Below are positions 9,380 to 19,586 of a stretch of 64,000 bases of DNA, piece after piece. The stretch's first letter is position 1, and the number at the start of each line of letters is the position of its first letter. The translations under genes were made by a program, and so were the position numbers. Source of the stretch: an uncultured archaeon (GTDB lineage: Archaea; Asgardarchaeota; Lokiarchaeia; Sigyniarchaeales; SOKP01); contig CAZALK010000017.1 of the NCBI GenBank assembly GCA_964486045.1, positions 1 through 64,000 of the forward strand. The letters run 5' to 3'. Under the pieces are notes generated by a model that was not told the DNA's origin, did no database searches, and saw only the letters and a list, made by a program, of their open reading frames with translations.

Positions 9380-10042
9380 ATGTCATCAAGTTTAACAAAA
9401 AATCTAATTGAGCTTGAACGTGATAAAGTTTTAGCTGAAGTAGAAGAACGATTATCTCAAGGAGAAGATCCAATGAAGATATTCAATGAATGTAAGCAAG
9501 GTATGGAAATAGTTGGTAAGAGATATACAGCCAATGAATATTTTCTTGCGGAATTGATGCTTTCAGGTGATCTTTTTAGAGAATCAGTTGAGCTAATCGA
9601 ACCCTTTTTAGGTAAAAAAGATTTAGAGGAGGATTTTAAAGGTAAAATAGTACTTGCCACAATTCAAGGAGATATTCATGATCTGGGCAAAAATATACTT
9701 GCAACTCTTCTTAAATTAGAAGGTTTTAAGGTTTATGATTTAGGTGTAGATGTCAGTCCAGATATAGTTGTTGAGAAGGTAAAAGAAATTCAACCTGATT
9801 TTCTTGGATTTTCATCGCTTCTTACTGTTACTTTTGACCCAATGAAAAAAATTATTGATAAATTGAAGGAATCTGGACTTCGTGACAAACTGAAAATAAT
9901 GGTGGGTGGAGGAATCACAACCTCACTTGTGAAAGACTACATAGGAGCAGATTTTCAAACGATAGATGCCGTTCAAGGTGTTCAATATTGTTTGGAAATA
10001 ATTAAAGCAAGAATCGTAATTAGAGCAAGGGGAGGAATTTAA
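9380..10042 (+). CDS. Corrinoid (B12-binding) methyltransferase protein
   Basis: GDIHDLGKN and GFSSLLT motifs; N-terminal cap domain. Confidence 0.9.
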   Translation: MSSSLTKNLIELERDKVLAEVEERLSQGEDPMKIFNECKQGMEIVGKRYTANEYFLAELMLSGDLFRESVELIEPFLGKKDLEEDFKGKIVLATIQGDIHDLGKNILATLLKLEGFKVYDLGVDVSPDIVVEKVKEIQPDFLGFSSLLTVTFDPMKKIIDKLKESGLRDKLKIMVGGGITTSLVKDYIGADFQTIDAVQGVQYCLEIIKARIVIRARGGI

Positions 10043-10044
10043 AA

Positions 10045-11187
10045 ATGAAAGAAGAATATATGACTCCCCAAGAGAGAACGACAGCTGCAATAAACTTGGA
10101 AGAGCCAGATCGTGTACCAATTGCTCCTATTGTAGGCATGGACTTACCTGCGACGTATTATGGATTAAATATCGCAGAATTGCATAGAGAACCTATAAAA
10201 GCTATTGAGGCCATGGTTAAATTTTTTGATGAGTTTGGAGGTTGGGATGGATATACTACACTTCCCCTTATTAAAATTGGGTACATCTTAGGAGGATTAA
10301 AATTTAAAGCACCGGGACAAGAATTACCCGATGCCCCGGGTTATTATGGACAGTTTGATGAAGGAGAGTGGATGAAAGTCGAAGACTATAAGACAGTTGC
10401 TGATATTGGCTGGCGTAAATTTGTTGCAAATGAGTATATCTATCGGATCAGCGATTGGACTCCCGAAGATGTGGAAGAAAATAGAAAAAAATATTTTAAG
10501 TTCGCTCTGAAAGGTGGTGAAGAATATGTTATAAAAAGAAAAATGGGAATGAGAGCGGGAGCAAATCGTGTTCATCCTTTTTTCCTTCTTTCCCTAAATC
10601 GGTCACTGCTTAAATTCACCCAAGATCTCTATTATAGACCTGAATTAGTTGAACCAGCACTCGAAACTATGACAGATGAAGTGATAAAAGGAATTATAGC
10701 ACAATGCAAAGCTAATGGTGGTAATGTAGTTTTTATGCCTGAAGAAAGAGCGGAAGGCTCTATTTATCCTTTGAAAATTTTTGAGCGATTCTGGTGGCCG
10801 TATACGAAAAGAATAGTAGAAAGTTTATATGATGAGGGAATTTTCACTTGGCTTCATCTTGATCATTGTTGGGATTTAAACATTCCTTATTTTAAGGAAC
10901 TCCCAAGGGCTTCATGCATAATTGACCTTGATGGACTTACGGATATATTTAAAGCGAAAGAAATTCTTAAAGATCATTTATGCATTATGAGTGATGTAAG
11001 TGCCTCTTTATTTTCTATAGGAACACCAAAACAAGTCGAAGATTACGTTAAAAAACTTATTGATAAACTTGGGGTTGATGGGGGGCATATTTTGTCATCT
11101 GGTTGCGAAGTACCTCCAGAATGTAAACCTGAAAACTTCAAAATTTTTCTTAAAACCGGTAAAACTTATCAATTATCAAAGGAATAA
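10045..11187 (+). CDS. URO-D/MtaA-family methylcobamide methyltransferase
   Basis: PDRVPIAP, WLHLD, ILSSGCEVP; adjacent to the corrinoid protein. Confidence 0.8.
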   Translation: MKEEYMTPQERTTAAINLEEPDRVPIAPIVGMDLPATYYGLNIAELHREPIKAIEAMVKFFDEFGGWDGYTTLPLIKIGYILGGLKFKAPGQELPDAPGYYGQFDEGEWMKVEDYKTVADIGWRKFVANEYIYRISDWTPEDVEENRKKYFKFALKGGEEYVIKRKMGMRAGANRVHPFFLLSLNRSLLKFTQDLYYRPELVEPALETMTDEVIKGIIAQCKANGGNVVFMPEERAEGSIYPLKIFERFWWPYTKRIVESLYDEGIFTWLHLDHCWDLNIPYFKELPRASCIIDLDGLTDIFKAKEILKDHLCIMSDVSASLFSIGTPKQVEDYVKKLIDKLGVDGGHILSSGCEVPPECKPENFKIFLKTGKTYQLSKE

Positions 11188-11300
11188 TACTTCTCGAGAT
11201 GGAATTAGAAAAGACTTAAACCTATTTTTTTATTTCTATTTTATTATAATTTCTTATTCTTAATTTTCTTATTTAGAAGATTCCTATATACAGAATCAAG

Positions 11301-11459
11301 CTACATTTTCAGACAATCAAAGATAATGAAGATAGGAAATCTATCCCATCCCCCATCATTTCCATAGCAATGCACTTCAAATGCTCGAAGTTGGTCACAC
11401 ATACAGATAATGATGTTAGGGTGACTAAATCTTGATTCATTAGAATTTTCTCTGTTCAT
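11301..11459 (-). pseudogene. Sulfatase N-terminal remnant
   Basis: HPNIIICMCDQLRAFEVHCYGN matches the sulfatase start motif; stops after 52 aa. Confidence 0.65.
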
Positions 11460-11531
11460 TTTTTAAATACCTTTATTATTTCAATAACATGTAATAAAAT
11501 ATGACTCATAAGGATATAATATCTAGCAGCT

Positions 11532-12176
11532 TTAAGCTCTTTCTTTCTCACTATTGATTGTGCTTAATAAACGTTTCACTTCATAGGAGTTTGGGTATCT
11601 CTCCAAGATTTTTTGGCAACATTCTATCGCTAAATCAAATTCTTTTAATTCTCTATACAATAGACCTAAATTATACCATGTTTCATATTTATCTGGTTTT
11701 ATTTCTAAAGCTTTCTTCCAACATTCAATCGCTTGAGCAACTTCACCTTTTCCATGATGTGCATTAGCCATATTATTCCAACCTTCATGATCCTCTGGTT
11801 TTAATTCTACAACCTTCTTATAACACTCTATTGCTCGATCATGATCTTTATGTTCTCTGTAAGCGTTGCCCATATTGTATAATACATCAATACTGTCTGG
11901 CTTGAGTTCCAACGCTTTATTCCAGCACTCTAATGCGCGATCAAGATCTCCTTTCCCTATATCATAAACATTACCCAGATTATACCATGCTTCAAAGTGG
12001 TCGGGATTGAGCTCTACAGCTTTTTGCCAACACTTAATTGCTCCCTCAGCATCAGATTTTTGCCCGAAATCTAATCCTTTTTTGTAAAATTTCTCAGCTT
12101 CTTCCATTTTCTTGTTTTGCTGTTCAGATTTATTATCTGTCATTCCTTTCAGCTCTAATTTTATATCACAAATCAA
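11532..12176 (-). CDS. Tetratricopeptide repeat protein
   Basis: About five 34-aa repeats (WYNLG..Y...G....A.ECW.KALEL.P); true start may be MTDNK. Confidence 0.9.
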   Translation of the reverse strand: MICDIKLELKGMTDNKSEQQNKKMEEAEKFYKKGLDFGQKSDAEGAIKCWQKAVELNPDHFEAWYNLGNVYDIGKGDLDRALECWNKALELKPDSIDVLYNMGNAYREHKDHDRAIECYKKVVELKPEDHEGWNNMANAHHGKGEVAQAIECWKKALEIKPDKYETWYNLGLLYRELKEFDLAIECCQKILERYPNSYEVKRLLSTINSEKERA

Positions 12177-12474
12177 TTACCCAATAATTTCTATTCATGT
12201 ACATCGAGTATTTTGATTTAAATTTTTTTTTACCTTTTTACATAATATGGTTTTACTTAATTTATACTTTTAAGCAGTTTGATTATGTATATCCTTTTAG
12301 AAGAGATCTCCAATCTTGTTTATAGTTGGTAAAACCTAATGAGAGTTCAAATTCAAAGGAATAATCGTATAATTATTTGTCATTAGTGAAATTATTAAAA
12401 AGGATATTCTTAAAAGAGATTTTTTTTTATTCTATTTAACATTTAAAATATTTTACTTACCAGTGTGAAAATTT

Positions 12475-12807
12475 ATGAGTTATGATTGGACGTTTTACTT
12501 TAACGTTGTATGTTCGATTGGTGGAATAGTATTTTTTGTTTTTAGTTTGATCCTTATTAGAAAAATCAAGAAATTGTTTCCTGGCAGTAGCGTGACTAAA
12601 AAGTGGATGTTAAGAGAATTACTCATAGTTATATTTCTTTTTGGCTATGGTTTTAATATTACATTCTTAATATTGCAACTAACTGAAATAGTTACGATTA
12701 TGACCGCGATGGTTTACATATTTGGTGGCCTCTTTGTGTTCGTAATTATCAAATTGGTTTACAACACTTATAAAACAATACTATTAGAATATTCAGAGAA
12801 GAAATAA
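12475..12807 (+). CDS. Small 3-TM membrane protein
   Basis: Three hydrophobic helices. Confidence 0.7.
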   Translation: MSYDWTFYFNVVCSIGGIVFFVFSLILIRKIKKLFPGSSVTKKWMLRELLIVIFLFGYGFNITFLILQLTEIVTIMTAMVYIFGGLFVFVIIKLVYNTYKTILLEYSEKK

Positions 12808-12834
12808 ACATTTATACATCCATCAATTTAAAAC

Positions 12835-13266
12835 ATGTTTACCATACTAGAAGAATTTTGGATCTTCTCAAAAGATGGAGTTCCTTATGTAAATTTTTTT
12901 AGAGAGGATATTACTAGCACTCAATTTGAAGCTAAATCTTTTAATCAAGATGCAGAAATTGCCCAAAAGGTTAGATCTGTATTAGAACTAGAGGAACAAG
13001 AATTATCTAAAAAGAATTTGATATTTTTTAATTACAAAAATAGTAGATACATTATCACCCTTTGTCTCAATAACTATCTCCATCTAGTTTTAAAATCTTC
13101 TATTGATATAAAGATTAAAAAAATTAATAATATTGCTAAAATCATTTGTGGCATGATAAAGAGTTTATACAAGGTGATGGATTTTAGAACGTGGAAAGGA
13201 GATTTAAAAATGTTTGATAGTTTGGGAAAGAAGATCGATCTTTATCTCAAAATGAGTAATTTGTAG
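12835..13266 (+). CDS. Longin-like domain protein (putative)
   Basis: N-terminal ILEEFWIFSKDGVPYV and a beta-beta-alpha-beta-beta-beta-alpha pattern. Confidence 0.5.
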   Translation: MFTILEEFWIFSKDGVPYVNFFREDITSTQFEAKSFNQDAEIAQKVRSVLELEEQELSKKNLIFFNYKNSRYIITLCLNNYLHLVLKSSIDIKIKKINNIAKIICGMIKSLYKVMDFRTWKGDLKMFDSLGKKIDLYLKMSNL

Positions 13267-13324
13267 TATGACAAAGCAAAACGATATACTTTAAATCGAA
13301 TCTTATGGTTTTAAATTAAGAATA

Positions 13325-13708
13325 CTAATTTAGTGGAATTCTTTTAAGACCAGCAATATTATCATATTCTTTATCTTGAGAAATAATTTGCTTATCTAAA
13401 CTAATTGCGATTCCAACGTGCAACGAATCGAAAAATGAAAGGTTATACTTCTTCCTTAGGTGGATTGCTGTTAAAGAACTAATAGTGTCTAACAGTGCCC
13501 ATTCAATGTTTTTAATTCTTTGAAGCTCAACTAGATCGAGCTCAAACTCATATTCGATTTTTTTAGATTTGATGATTAATTTTAATTCTATTAGAGATAC
13601 AGACGAAAATTTTACTGCAAGTTTACCGTTATTAACTCGTGAAATAATACTGTTCACGAATGTGTCAGTAATATCATTAGCATTGAGAAAAGAATATAAT
13701 AAATCCAC
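13325..13708 (-). pseudogene. 5'-truncated duplicate of PIN toxin 16475..16882
   Basis: Lacks MPLIET and has no antitoxin; 229 bp identical to the other copy. Confidence 0.7.
13327..13705. repeat. Direct repeat copy 1 (partner 16486-16864)
   Basis: 13327-13555 is identical to 16486-16714; the remaining ~150 bp are diverged. Confidence 0.9.
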
Positions 13709-13827
13709 AATATATAACTTTAAATAAAACTTCTTTTATTTTTATTTTGAAATTAAAACCGGAATTTTTTTAAATTATATATATTATTTTTGGTTAAAAA
13801 AAAAACTTCTTTTCGGGATTCAGAAAA

Positions 13828-16164
13828 TTGAGAAAATTCTTTACCAGGTATAAGATATTAATTACGGGGCTAATTTTTGTGATAACTTTTGCAATTGTTG
13901 ACCTTGTATTTCTTGATCATCCTTATATATCACATGAAATTCATGAAATTATAATTAGGATTGCTGTTTTTAGCATAATAATCACTTTGGTCGTGGTTCT
14001 TCAATATGCCAGTACACAACGAATAAAATCAGAAGAAAAATATCGATTGATAACCGAGAATGCAAATGATTTGATCTCTGTTATCAATGAGAAGTTTGAA
14101 ATTGAATTCTACAACGAAATAGCTTATCAAAAATTGTTAGGATATTCCTCAAGCGAAACCATCGGGCAATCGGTTTTAGATTTTATTAATCCTCAAGATT
14201 TAGACCGAGTCGTTAATCTTTTAAATTTATGCTTTAAAACTGGTAAAGCAGAGGACGAAATAAGAATAAAAGGTAAAAGTGGAGAATATTATTGGTTTGA
14301 AGTTATTGGGAAAAGTTTTATAGATACAGATGCTAAAAAAAAAGGGATTATAGTAGCTAGAAATATTGACGAGAAAAAGAAAGCAGAACAAAATTTAAGA
14401 GATTCTGAAGAAAAATTTGCTAAAGTTTTTCATGCAAGTCCAAATATTTTAGCAATAACTAGAATGGAAGATGGTATAGTTATTGATATAAATGAAGGAT
14501 TTACACACGGTTTAGGTTATAACCGTGGAGATATTGTCGGCATGAAGGCTTTTGATCTTGGTGTATGGGTATCAGAAATAAGCCGTGTTAATTTTGTAAG
14601 AGCGATTAGGGAACAAGAAGAAGTTTTAGAGTTTGAAACTCAATTCAAGGCAAAATCAGGTGAAATCCGCGTAGTGCTTATTTCGGGGGCTAGAATAACT
14701 CTAAATAATGAACCACATTTAATTACTATAGCTATTGATATAACAGATCTAAAAAAAGCAGAAAGAAAATTAAGAGATTCCGAAGAAAAATTCCGTACTG
14801 CTGTTCAAAACAGTCCAGATTATATACTGTTTATCAACAGAGAGGGGACAATATTTGAAGCCAACCGCCTAGAAAAGGGATTTACTAGAGAAATGGTTAT
14901 TGGCCAGAGTCTTTTCAATGATTTTTTTTTTGAAAATAAAAATCAAATCAAAGTCGTTCGAAAAGCAGTCAATGCTTCAATACAAAATGGGGAAACAACT
15001 CGATATGAAACTACACAAATAGCACCTGATGGTTCATATTCATTCTATGAGACTAAAGTGTCTCCTTTTGAATATGATGATGAGGATAGGTTAATATCTT
15101 TACAATTAACAATTCGTGAAATCACTGAGCGCAAGGCAAGAGAGAAAGAAATCCTTGATTTGGCTCTATTTCCTTCTGAGGATCCTTATCCTATTTTAAG
15201 AGTTAATAGAACTGGAATTATCTATATAAATGATGCAGGTCAAAAATTATTAAACTTACTAGATTATAGTCAAATCCCAAATTTTTTACAGGAAAATATT
15301 AAAGTCACCTTTAACAGTAATCAAATTACGGAATCAGAAGCGGAATTTGATGGGAGAACTTATTCTTTTACTATTAGACCCGTAAAAGATCAAAATTATG
15401 TAAATATTTACGGGATGGATATAACTGAAAGAAAACATATTGAGGAAAATTTAAAAGAGGTTAATAAGCTAAAATCTGAATTTCTTAGAAGGGCGTCTCA
15501 TGAGTTAAAAACTCCATTAATTTCGATTAAAGGTTTCAGTAACCTTTTGTTAACACTACATAGTGAAGAATTTAACAGTGATGCTAAAGCCAAATTAGTA
15601 GAGATTAATCAAGGTTGTGAGAGACTTGAAGACATAATCAAGAGTCTTATTGAAAGCTCCAGGTTAGAATCGAGTGAAATTAAATTGCAAACCTCGATGG
15701 AAGATCTTGCTTTTCTCATTAGATTTTGTTTAAAAGAGTTGCAACCTTTTATTAAATCAAGAAATCACAGGGTAACTGCAAATATTGAAGAAAAAATTAT
15801 AACACGATTTAATAAAGAACAAATGTATGAAGTTATTTCTAATTTACTCAGCAATGCTGTTAAATACACTCCTCCGTATGGAGATGTAAAAATTAAGACT
15901 GAGTTAAATAATAATGAAGTTATTGTAAAAATTCGAGATAATGGAGTTGGTTTTACACAAAATGAAAAAGAAAAGGTTTTTCAGCAATTCGGAAAGATAG
16001 AACGGTATGGACAAGGCTTCGATCTTGAAATTGGTGGAAGCGGTCTGGGATTATATATTTCCAAAAAAATTGTAGAATCACACGGTGGAAAAATCTGGCT
16101 CGAATCTGAAGGAAGATCGAGAGGTTCTACATTTTACTTTTCGTTGCCATTAATAGAAAAATAG
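13828..16164 (+). CDS. Membrane-anchored multi-PAS sensor histidine kinase
   Basis: Two N-terminal TMs, PAS/PAC repeats (DITERK-type), H-box ASHELKTPL, N-box NLLSNAVKY, G boxes DNGVG and GSGLGL. Confidence 0.93.
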   Translation: MRKFFTRYKILITGLIFVITFAIVDLVFLDHPYISHEIHEIIIRIAVFSIIITLVVVLQYASTQRIKSEEKYRLITENANDLISVINEKFEIEFYNEIAYQKLLGYSSSETIGQSVLDFINPQDLDRVVNLLNLCFKTGKAEDEIRIKGKSGEYYWFEVIGKSFIDTDAKKKGIIVARNIDEKKKAEQNLRDSEEKFAKVFHASPNILAITRMEDGIVIDINEGFTHGLGYNRGDIVGMKAFDLGVWVSEISRVNFVRAIREQEEVLEFETQFKAKSGEIRVVLISGARITLNNEPHLITIAIDITDLKKAERKLRDSEEKFRTAVQNSPDYILFINREGTIFEANRLEKGFTREMVIGQSLFNDFFFENKNQIKVVRKAVNASIQNGETTRYETTQIAPDGSYSFYETKVSPFEYDDEDRLISLQLTIREITERKAREKEILDLALFPSEDPYPILRVNRTGIIYINDAGQKLLNLLDYSQIPNFLQENIKVTFNSNQITESEAEFDGRTYSFTIRPVKDQNYVNIYGMDITERKHIEENLKEVNKLKSEFLRRASHELKTPLISIKGFSNLLLTLHSEEFNSDAKAKLVEINQGCERLEDIIKSLIESSRLESSEIKLQTSMEDLAFLIRFCLKELQPFIKSRNHRVTANIEEKIITRFNKEQMYEVISNLLSNAVKYTPPYGDVKIKTELNNNEVIVKIRDNGVGFTQNEKEKVFQQFGKIERYGQGFDLEIGGSGLGLYISKKIVESHGGKIWLESEGRSRGSTFYFSLPLIEK

Positions 16165-16302
16165 TAAAGTAAATTGAAATACTTCTAATTCTTTTAGTTC
16201 ATGAAAATTTCATAACAATTCTAAATTTTATAATATTTTAAAAACTCCTTTAATATCTATAAAAGGATATTCCGACTGGATCATAATTCTTTATGGTGAT
16301 CA

Positions 16303-16413
16303 GCTCAATATGCGCTCATTCATGAAGACTGCTGTTTAGCTATTCCTGATGATATTCCTTTTGACACTGCAGTTAAAATCAACGATTGCTTAAGAACACG
16401 ATATAGGGGATAA
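16303..16413 (+). pseudogene. Fragment resembling a Zn-dependent alcohol dehydrogenase/MDR family protein
   Basis: AQYALIHEDCCLAIPDDIPFDTAV; no start codon. Confidence 0.4.
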
Positions 16414-16474
16414 AGAGGCTTAGGGTGAATGCAAATTCGTCTCTTTGCTTATAATCCTCTTTTTTGGACTTAAA

Positions 16475-16882
16475 TTAAGAGAAAGAATTTAGTGGAATTC
16501 TTTTAAGACCAGCAATATTATCATATTCTTTATCTTGAGAAATAATTTGCTTATCTAAACTAATTGCGATTCCAACGTGCAACGAATCGAAAAATGAAAG
16601 GTTATACTTCTTCCTTAGGTGGATTGCTGTTAAAGAACTAATAGTGTCTAACAGTGCCCATTCAATGTTTTTAATTCTTTGAAGCTCAACTAGATCGAGC
16701 TCAAACTCATATTCTATTTTTTTGGATTTGTAGATTAATTGTAATTCTATTAGAGATACAGAAGAAAATTTTACTGCAAGTTCACCACTATTAACTTGTA
16801 AGATAATACTGTTTGCAAATGTGTGATTAATATCGTTTGCATTGAGAAAAGAATATAATAAATCTGTTTCTATCAATGGCAT
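16475..16882 (-). CDS. vapC: PIN-domain (VapC) toxin
   Basis: IETDLLY, ELQL, LSFFDSLH and SQDKEYD acidic motifs. Confidence 0.85.
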   Translation of the reverse strand: MPLIETDLLYSFLNANDINHTFANSIILQVNSGELAVKFSSVSLIELQLIYKSKKIEYEFELDLVELQRIKNIEWALLDTISSLTAIHLRKKYNLSFFDSLHVGIAISLDKQIISQDKEYDNIAGLKRIPLNSFS

Positions 16883-16883
16883 T

Positions 16884-17129
16884 TTAATATCTCTCTTTAA
16901 GTTCCTCTGATACTAATTTCTCTGCTTCAACTTTAGCTTCTTTTGCTGATTCTTTCCACTTGTATTTTCCACTTAAATTTTCTATTGGATCCCCCTTGGT
17001 TGGTATGATACCTATATGATCACCTGCGTCAAATTCAACTACTTCTTGACCTGGTTCAATTCCATATTTTTCCCTCAATTTCTTTTTAATTACTATCTCA
17101 CCATGAGTACCAACTTTTACATTATTCAT
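16884..17129 (-). CDS. AbrB/MazE-type antitoxin (VapB)
   Basis: KVGTHGEIVIKKKLREKYGIEPG; directly upstream of the PIN gene. Confidence 0.85.
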   Translation of the reverse strand: MNNVKVGTHGEIVIKKKLREKYGIEPGQEVVEFDAGDHIGIIPTKGDPIENLSGKYKWKESAKEAKVEAEKLVSEELKERY

Positions 17130-17334
17130 TAGTAAAATCCTCCGAATGTTTTTATTTTATCCTAATTATTTCATATCCTCTAGATAATTATAAATTTTTC
17201 GGATAAAATTTAAATTCACAATGGGGATTATTAATTATTTGAAAGGGAATGGATGTATTTTTAATAATAAAAGTATAAATTTTTTTATTCCTTCTTAATT
17301 ATTTAATATTATCAGAAAAAATTGATAATTTATT

Positions 17335-18105
17335 ATGTCGCTACCGTCAAAAAAAGCTATAGAAATAGATGAAAATATTGTAAATTATGAGTTTAAACTT
17401 TTAGACCAGACTCAGGTCTTGAGGTATGATGAGAGTAAGTGTGTAGAATGTGGATTCTGTCATCGCGTATGCCCTGTCACAATTTCAATCTATGACGAAC
17501 CGTTGAAAAGAACGGCAATTGGTACACCAAAAGATATGAAAATTGAATCTGATAAAAAAATTGTAGTTGATACAGAAAAATGTGTATGGTGTGGTTCTTG
17601 CACCTGGATATGCCCGGGTTACACTTTAGAACTTCTTCTAGATGGGGAAAAGAAAGTACTTCTTGTGGAAAATGGTTCTTTACCAGAATTTGAAGAAGAA
17701 GTGCGAACACTAGAGAATGGGAACAAGGTTCGTAAAGTAGTTGAGGGAAGTATAACACACACTAGCACTGAGAAAGATACAAAAATCATCGATACATTCT
17801 GTGATGAATGCGCTGTAAGTGCCATGACACGAAACGGAAAAGAAATCAGAGTTGATAGAGACAAATGTATTTTATGCTTTAAATGCTCTGAGGCTGCAAA
17901 GAATTATGATAACATAAGTGTTGAAGTACACCGAGATAGATTCAAAAAAATTAAAGGAAACCCTTCATCTGTCTGGAATGGTATCACGTTAAGAGTTCTT
18001 GGAAAAGAGGGAAAGATTAAAGGAATCTTGAGTCGCAGTCAAAATAAACTCGCAGATGCTGTTATAAGATTACTCGGTAGAGAAGAAGCAGAAGAAGAAT
18101 CTTAA
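17335..18105 (+). CDS. Polyferredoxin-like 4Fe-4S protein (FwdF-like)
   Basis: CVECGFCHRVCP and CVWCGSCTWICP plus degenerate C-terminal clusters. Confidence 0.75.
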   Translation: MSLPSKKAIEIDENIVNYEFKLLDQTQVLRYDESKCVECGFCHRVCPVTISIYDEPLKRTAIGTPKDMKIESDKKIVVDTEKCVWCGSCTWICPGYTLELLLDGEKKVLLVENGSLPEFEEEVRTLENGNKVRKVVEGSITHTSTEKDTKIIDTFCDECAVSAMTRNGKEIRVDRDKCILCFKCSEAAKNYDNISVEVHRDRFKKIKGNPSSVWNGITLRVLGKEGKIKGILSRSQNKLADAVIRLLGREEAEEES

Positions 18106-18238
18106 TTTCAGATTGTATAATTTTTAATTTATTATTTTTCTAATTCAAGTTTTTGAGTTTTTATTAAAACGAAATGAGTAATTTGATGAGAAAAAGGGAA
18201 AATCCCTTCGAGGAATTATGCGGATTAACTGAACTTGA

Positions 18239-18649
18239 TTATAAGAGATCCATCATATCTGAAGTAGATGCTATTTTTATAACTTTTTGATTTTTGAAAT
18301 GTTTATCATTTGTCCAAATTCCATCATTTTTTATAGCGAGTGCTGTTGCGATAAATGGTGCATCATTTTCATCGATCGAGCCAATTATCCTTATTCCTTC
18401 AGCTAATCTCGCTTTATAATCATCAAAAGGAACTATTACAGATTTATCCAAAATTCTAGTCAAAATTTCATATACATCTTTTTCTTTCAGATCCCCCTTC
18501 TTAGCAATTATAGGAATATATTCCTTCAATTCAATTAATGAAAATTCTGGAAGAAAAAATTTAAATTTCGGGGAGAATAAAATTTTACGAGTTATAGAAT
18601 CTTTGATTAAGGCGGAAAATAGTATATTTGTATCCAAAATAAAATTCAT
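18239..18649 (-). CDS. PIN-domain toxin
   Basis: ILDTNILFSAL, DENDAPF, IWTNDKHF. Confidence 0.85.
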   Translation of the reverse strand: MNFILDTNILFSALIKDSITRKILFSPKFKFFLPEFSLIELKEYIPIIAKKGDLKEKDVYEILTRILDKSVIVPFDDYKARLAEGIRIIGSIDENDAPFIATALAIKNDGIWTNDKHFKNQKVIKIASTSDMMDLL

Positions 18650-18651
18650 TG

Positions 18652-18888
18652 CTAGAGATGATTAAAATATTTTTTATGTATTTCCCAACTTCGTTTCTTT
18701 AATTGGTTACCAATTATTTCAGCATCCTCTGCAGTAAGAGTACTCTTAGAAGCTATTTTATCTGTAATTTCTACATTCTCAATATACTTTTCTAATGCTG
18801 ATAATACAATGGAATCCCAATCAATCTCGGGATACTTCTTCATCTTTTTAATTAAAGTATCTGGTATAGTAAATTTTATCTCTGTCAT
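18652..18888 (-). CDS. RHH/CopG-like antitoxin
   Basis: MTEIKFTIPD..KKMKKYPEIDW; paralog of 34222..34515. Confidence 0.75.
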   Translation of the reverse strand: MTEIKFTIPDTLIKKMKKYPEIDWDSIVLSALEKYIENVEITDKIASKSTLTAEDAEIIGNQLKKRSWEIHKKYFNHL

Positions 18889-19003
18889 TATTTCTAAGAT
18901 GTAAATATATAATTAGTTATATATTTTTTATTATTTCATTTGGTTTATATACCTTATACTCATTTTTTAAAGTAATATTATAAAAACTATACTCATAAAA
19001 AAA

Positions 19004-19513
19004 ATGGAAGCTTCATTAAAGCGATGGTTGGCAGATCATAATATTAATTATGTTTTGCACACTCATCCCGCAGTATTTACTGTCCCAGAAGCAAAAAAGT
19101 ACTGTTATCACATCCCCGGAACTCACTGCAAAAATCTATTTCTTAAGAACAAGAAATCAGAACAATTATATTTAATAACAATACCACATGACAAGCGATT
19201 AGATTTAAATCAATTTCGGCGATCAGTTGGTGCTCCTAAAATTCGCTTTGCTGAATCAGAAGTTCTTTCTGAAGTAATGGGTATTACATCAGGCGCAGTA
19301 TCTCCTCTCGGATTAGTTAATGATAGAGATAATAGAGTAATTTTCATAATAGATAAAGAAATTTGGAATGCAGAAACGGTTTGTTGTCATCCGAATATTA
19401 ATACTGAAACATTACAAATTCCTGGACCTGATTTTCGAAAGTTAATATACGCAACTAGTACTTCCATAGAAATAAAAAATCTTCCTTATTTAGAATCTAA
19501 AAATCCTTCTTAG
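19004..19513 (+). CDS. YbaK/ProX (PrdX) aminoacyl-tRNA deacylase
   Basis: HPAVFTV, KNLFLK, GAVSPLGL, HPNINT. Confidence 0.88.
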   Translation: MEASLKRWLADHNINYVLHTHPAVFTVPEAKKYCYHIPGTHCKNLFLKNKKSEQLYLITIPHDKRLDLNQFRRSVGAPKIRFAESEVLSEVMGITSGAVSPLGLVNDRDNRVIFIIDKEIWNAETVCCHPNINTETLQIPGPDFRKLIYATSTSIEIKNLPYLESKNPS

Positions 19514-19586
19514 TACTGATCTATAACTTAAAATTTGATTTTAAATTCAATACGATTAAAAACAAATGAAACTAAATTAAAAAATT

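Noticed and set aside
18186-18212. SECIS-like ATGA...AAGGGA-AAA-TCCCTT-CGA after the polyferredoxin gene
   Set aside because: The helix is only 6 bp with wrong spacing, and the upstream gene has no in-frame UGA.
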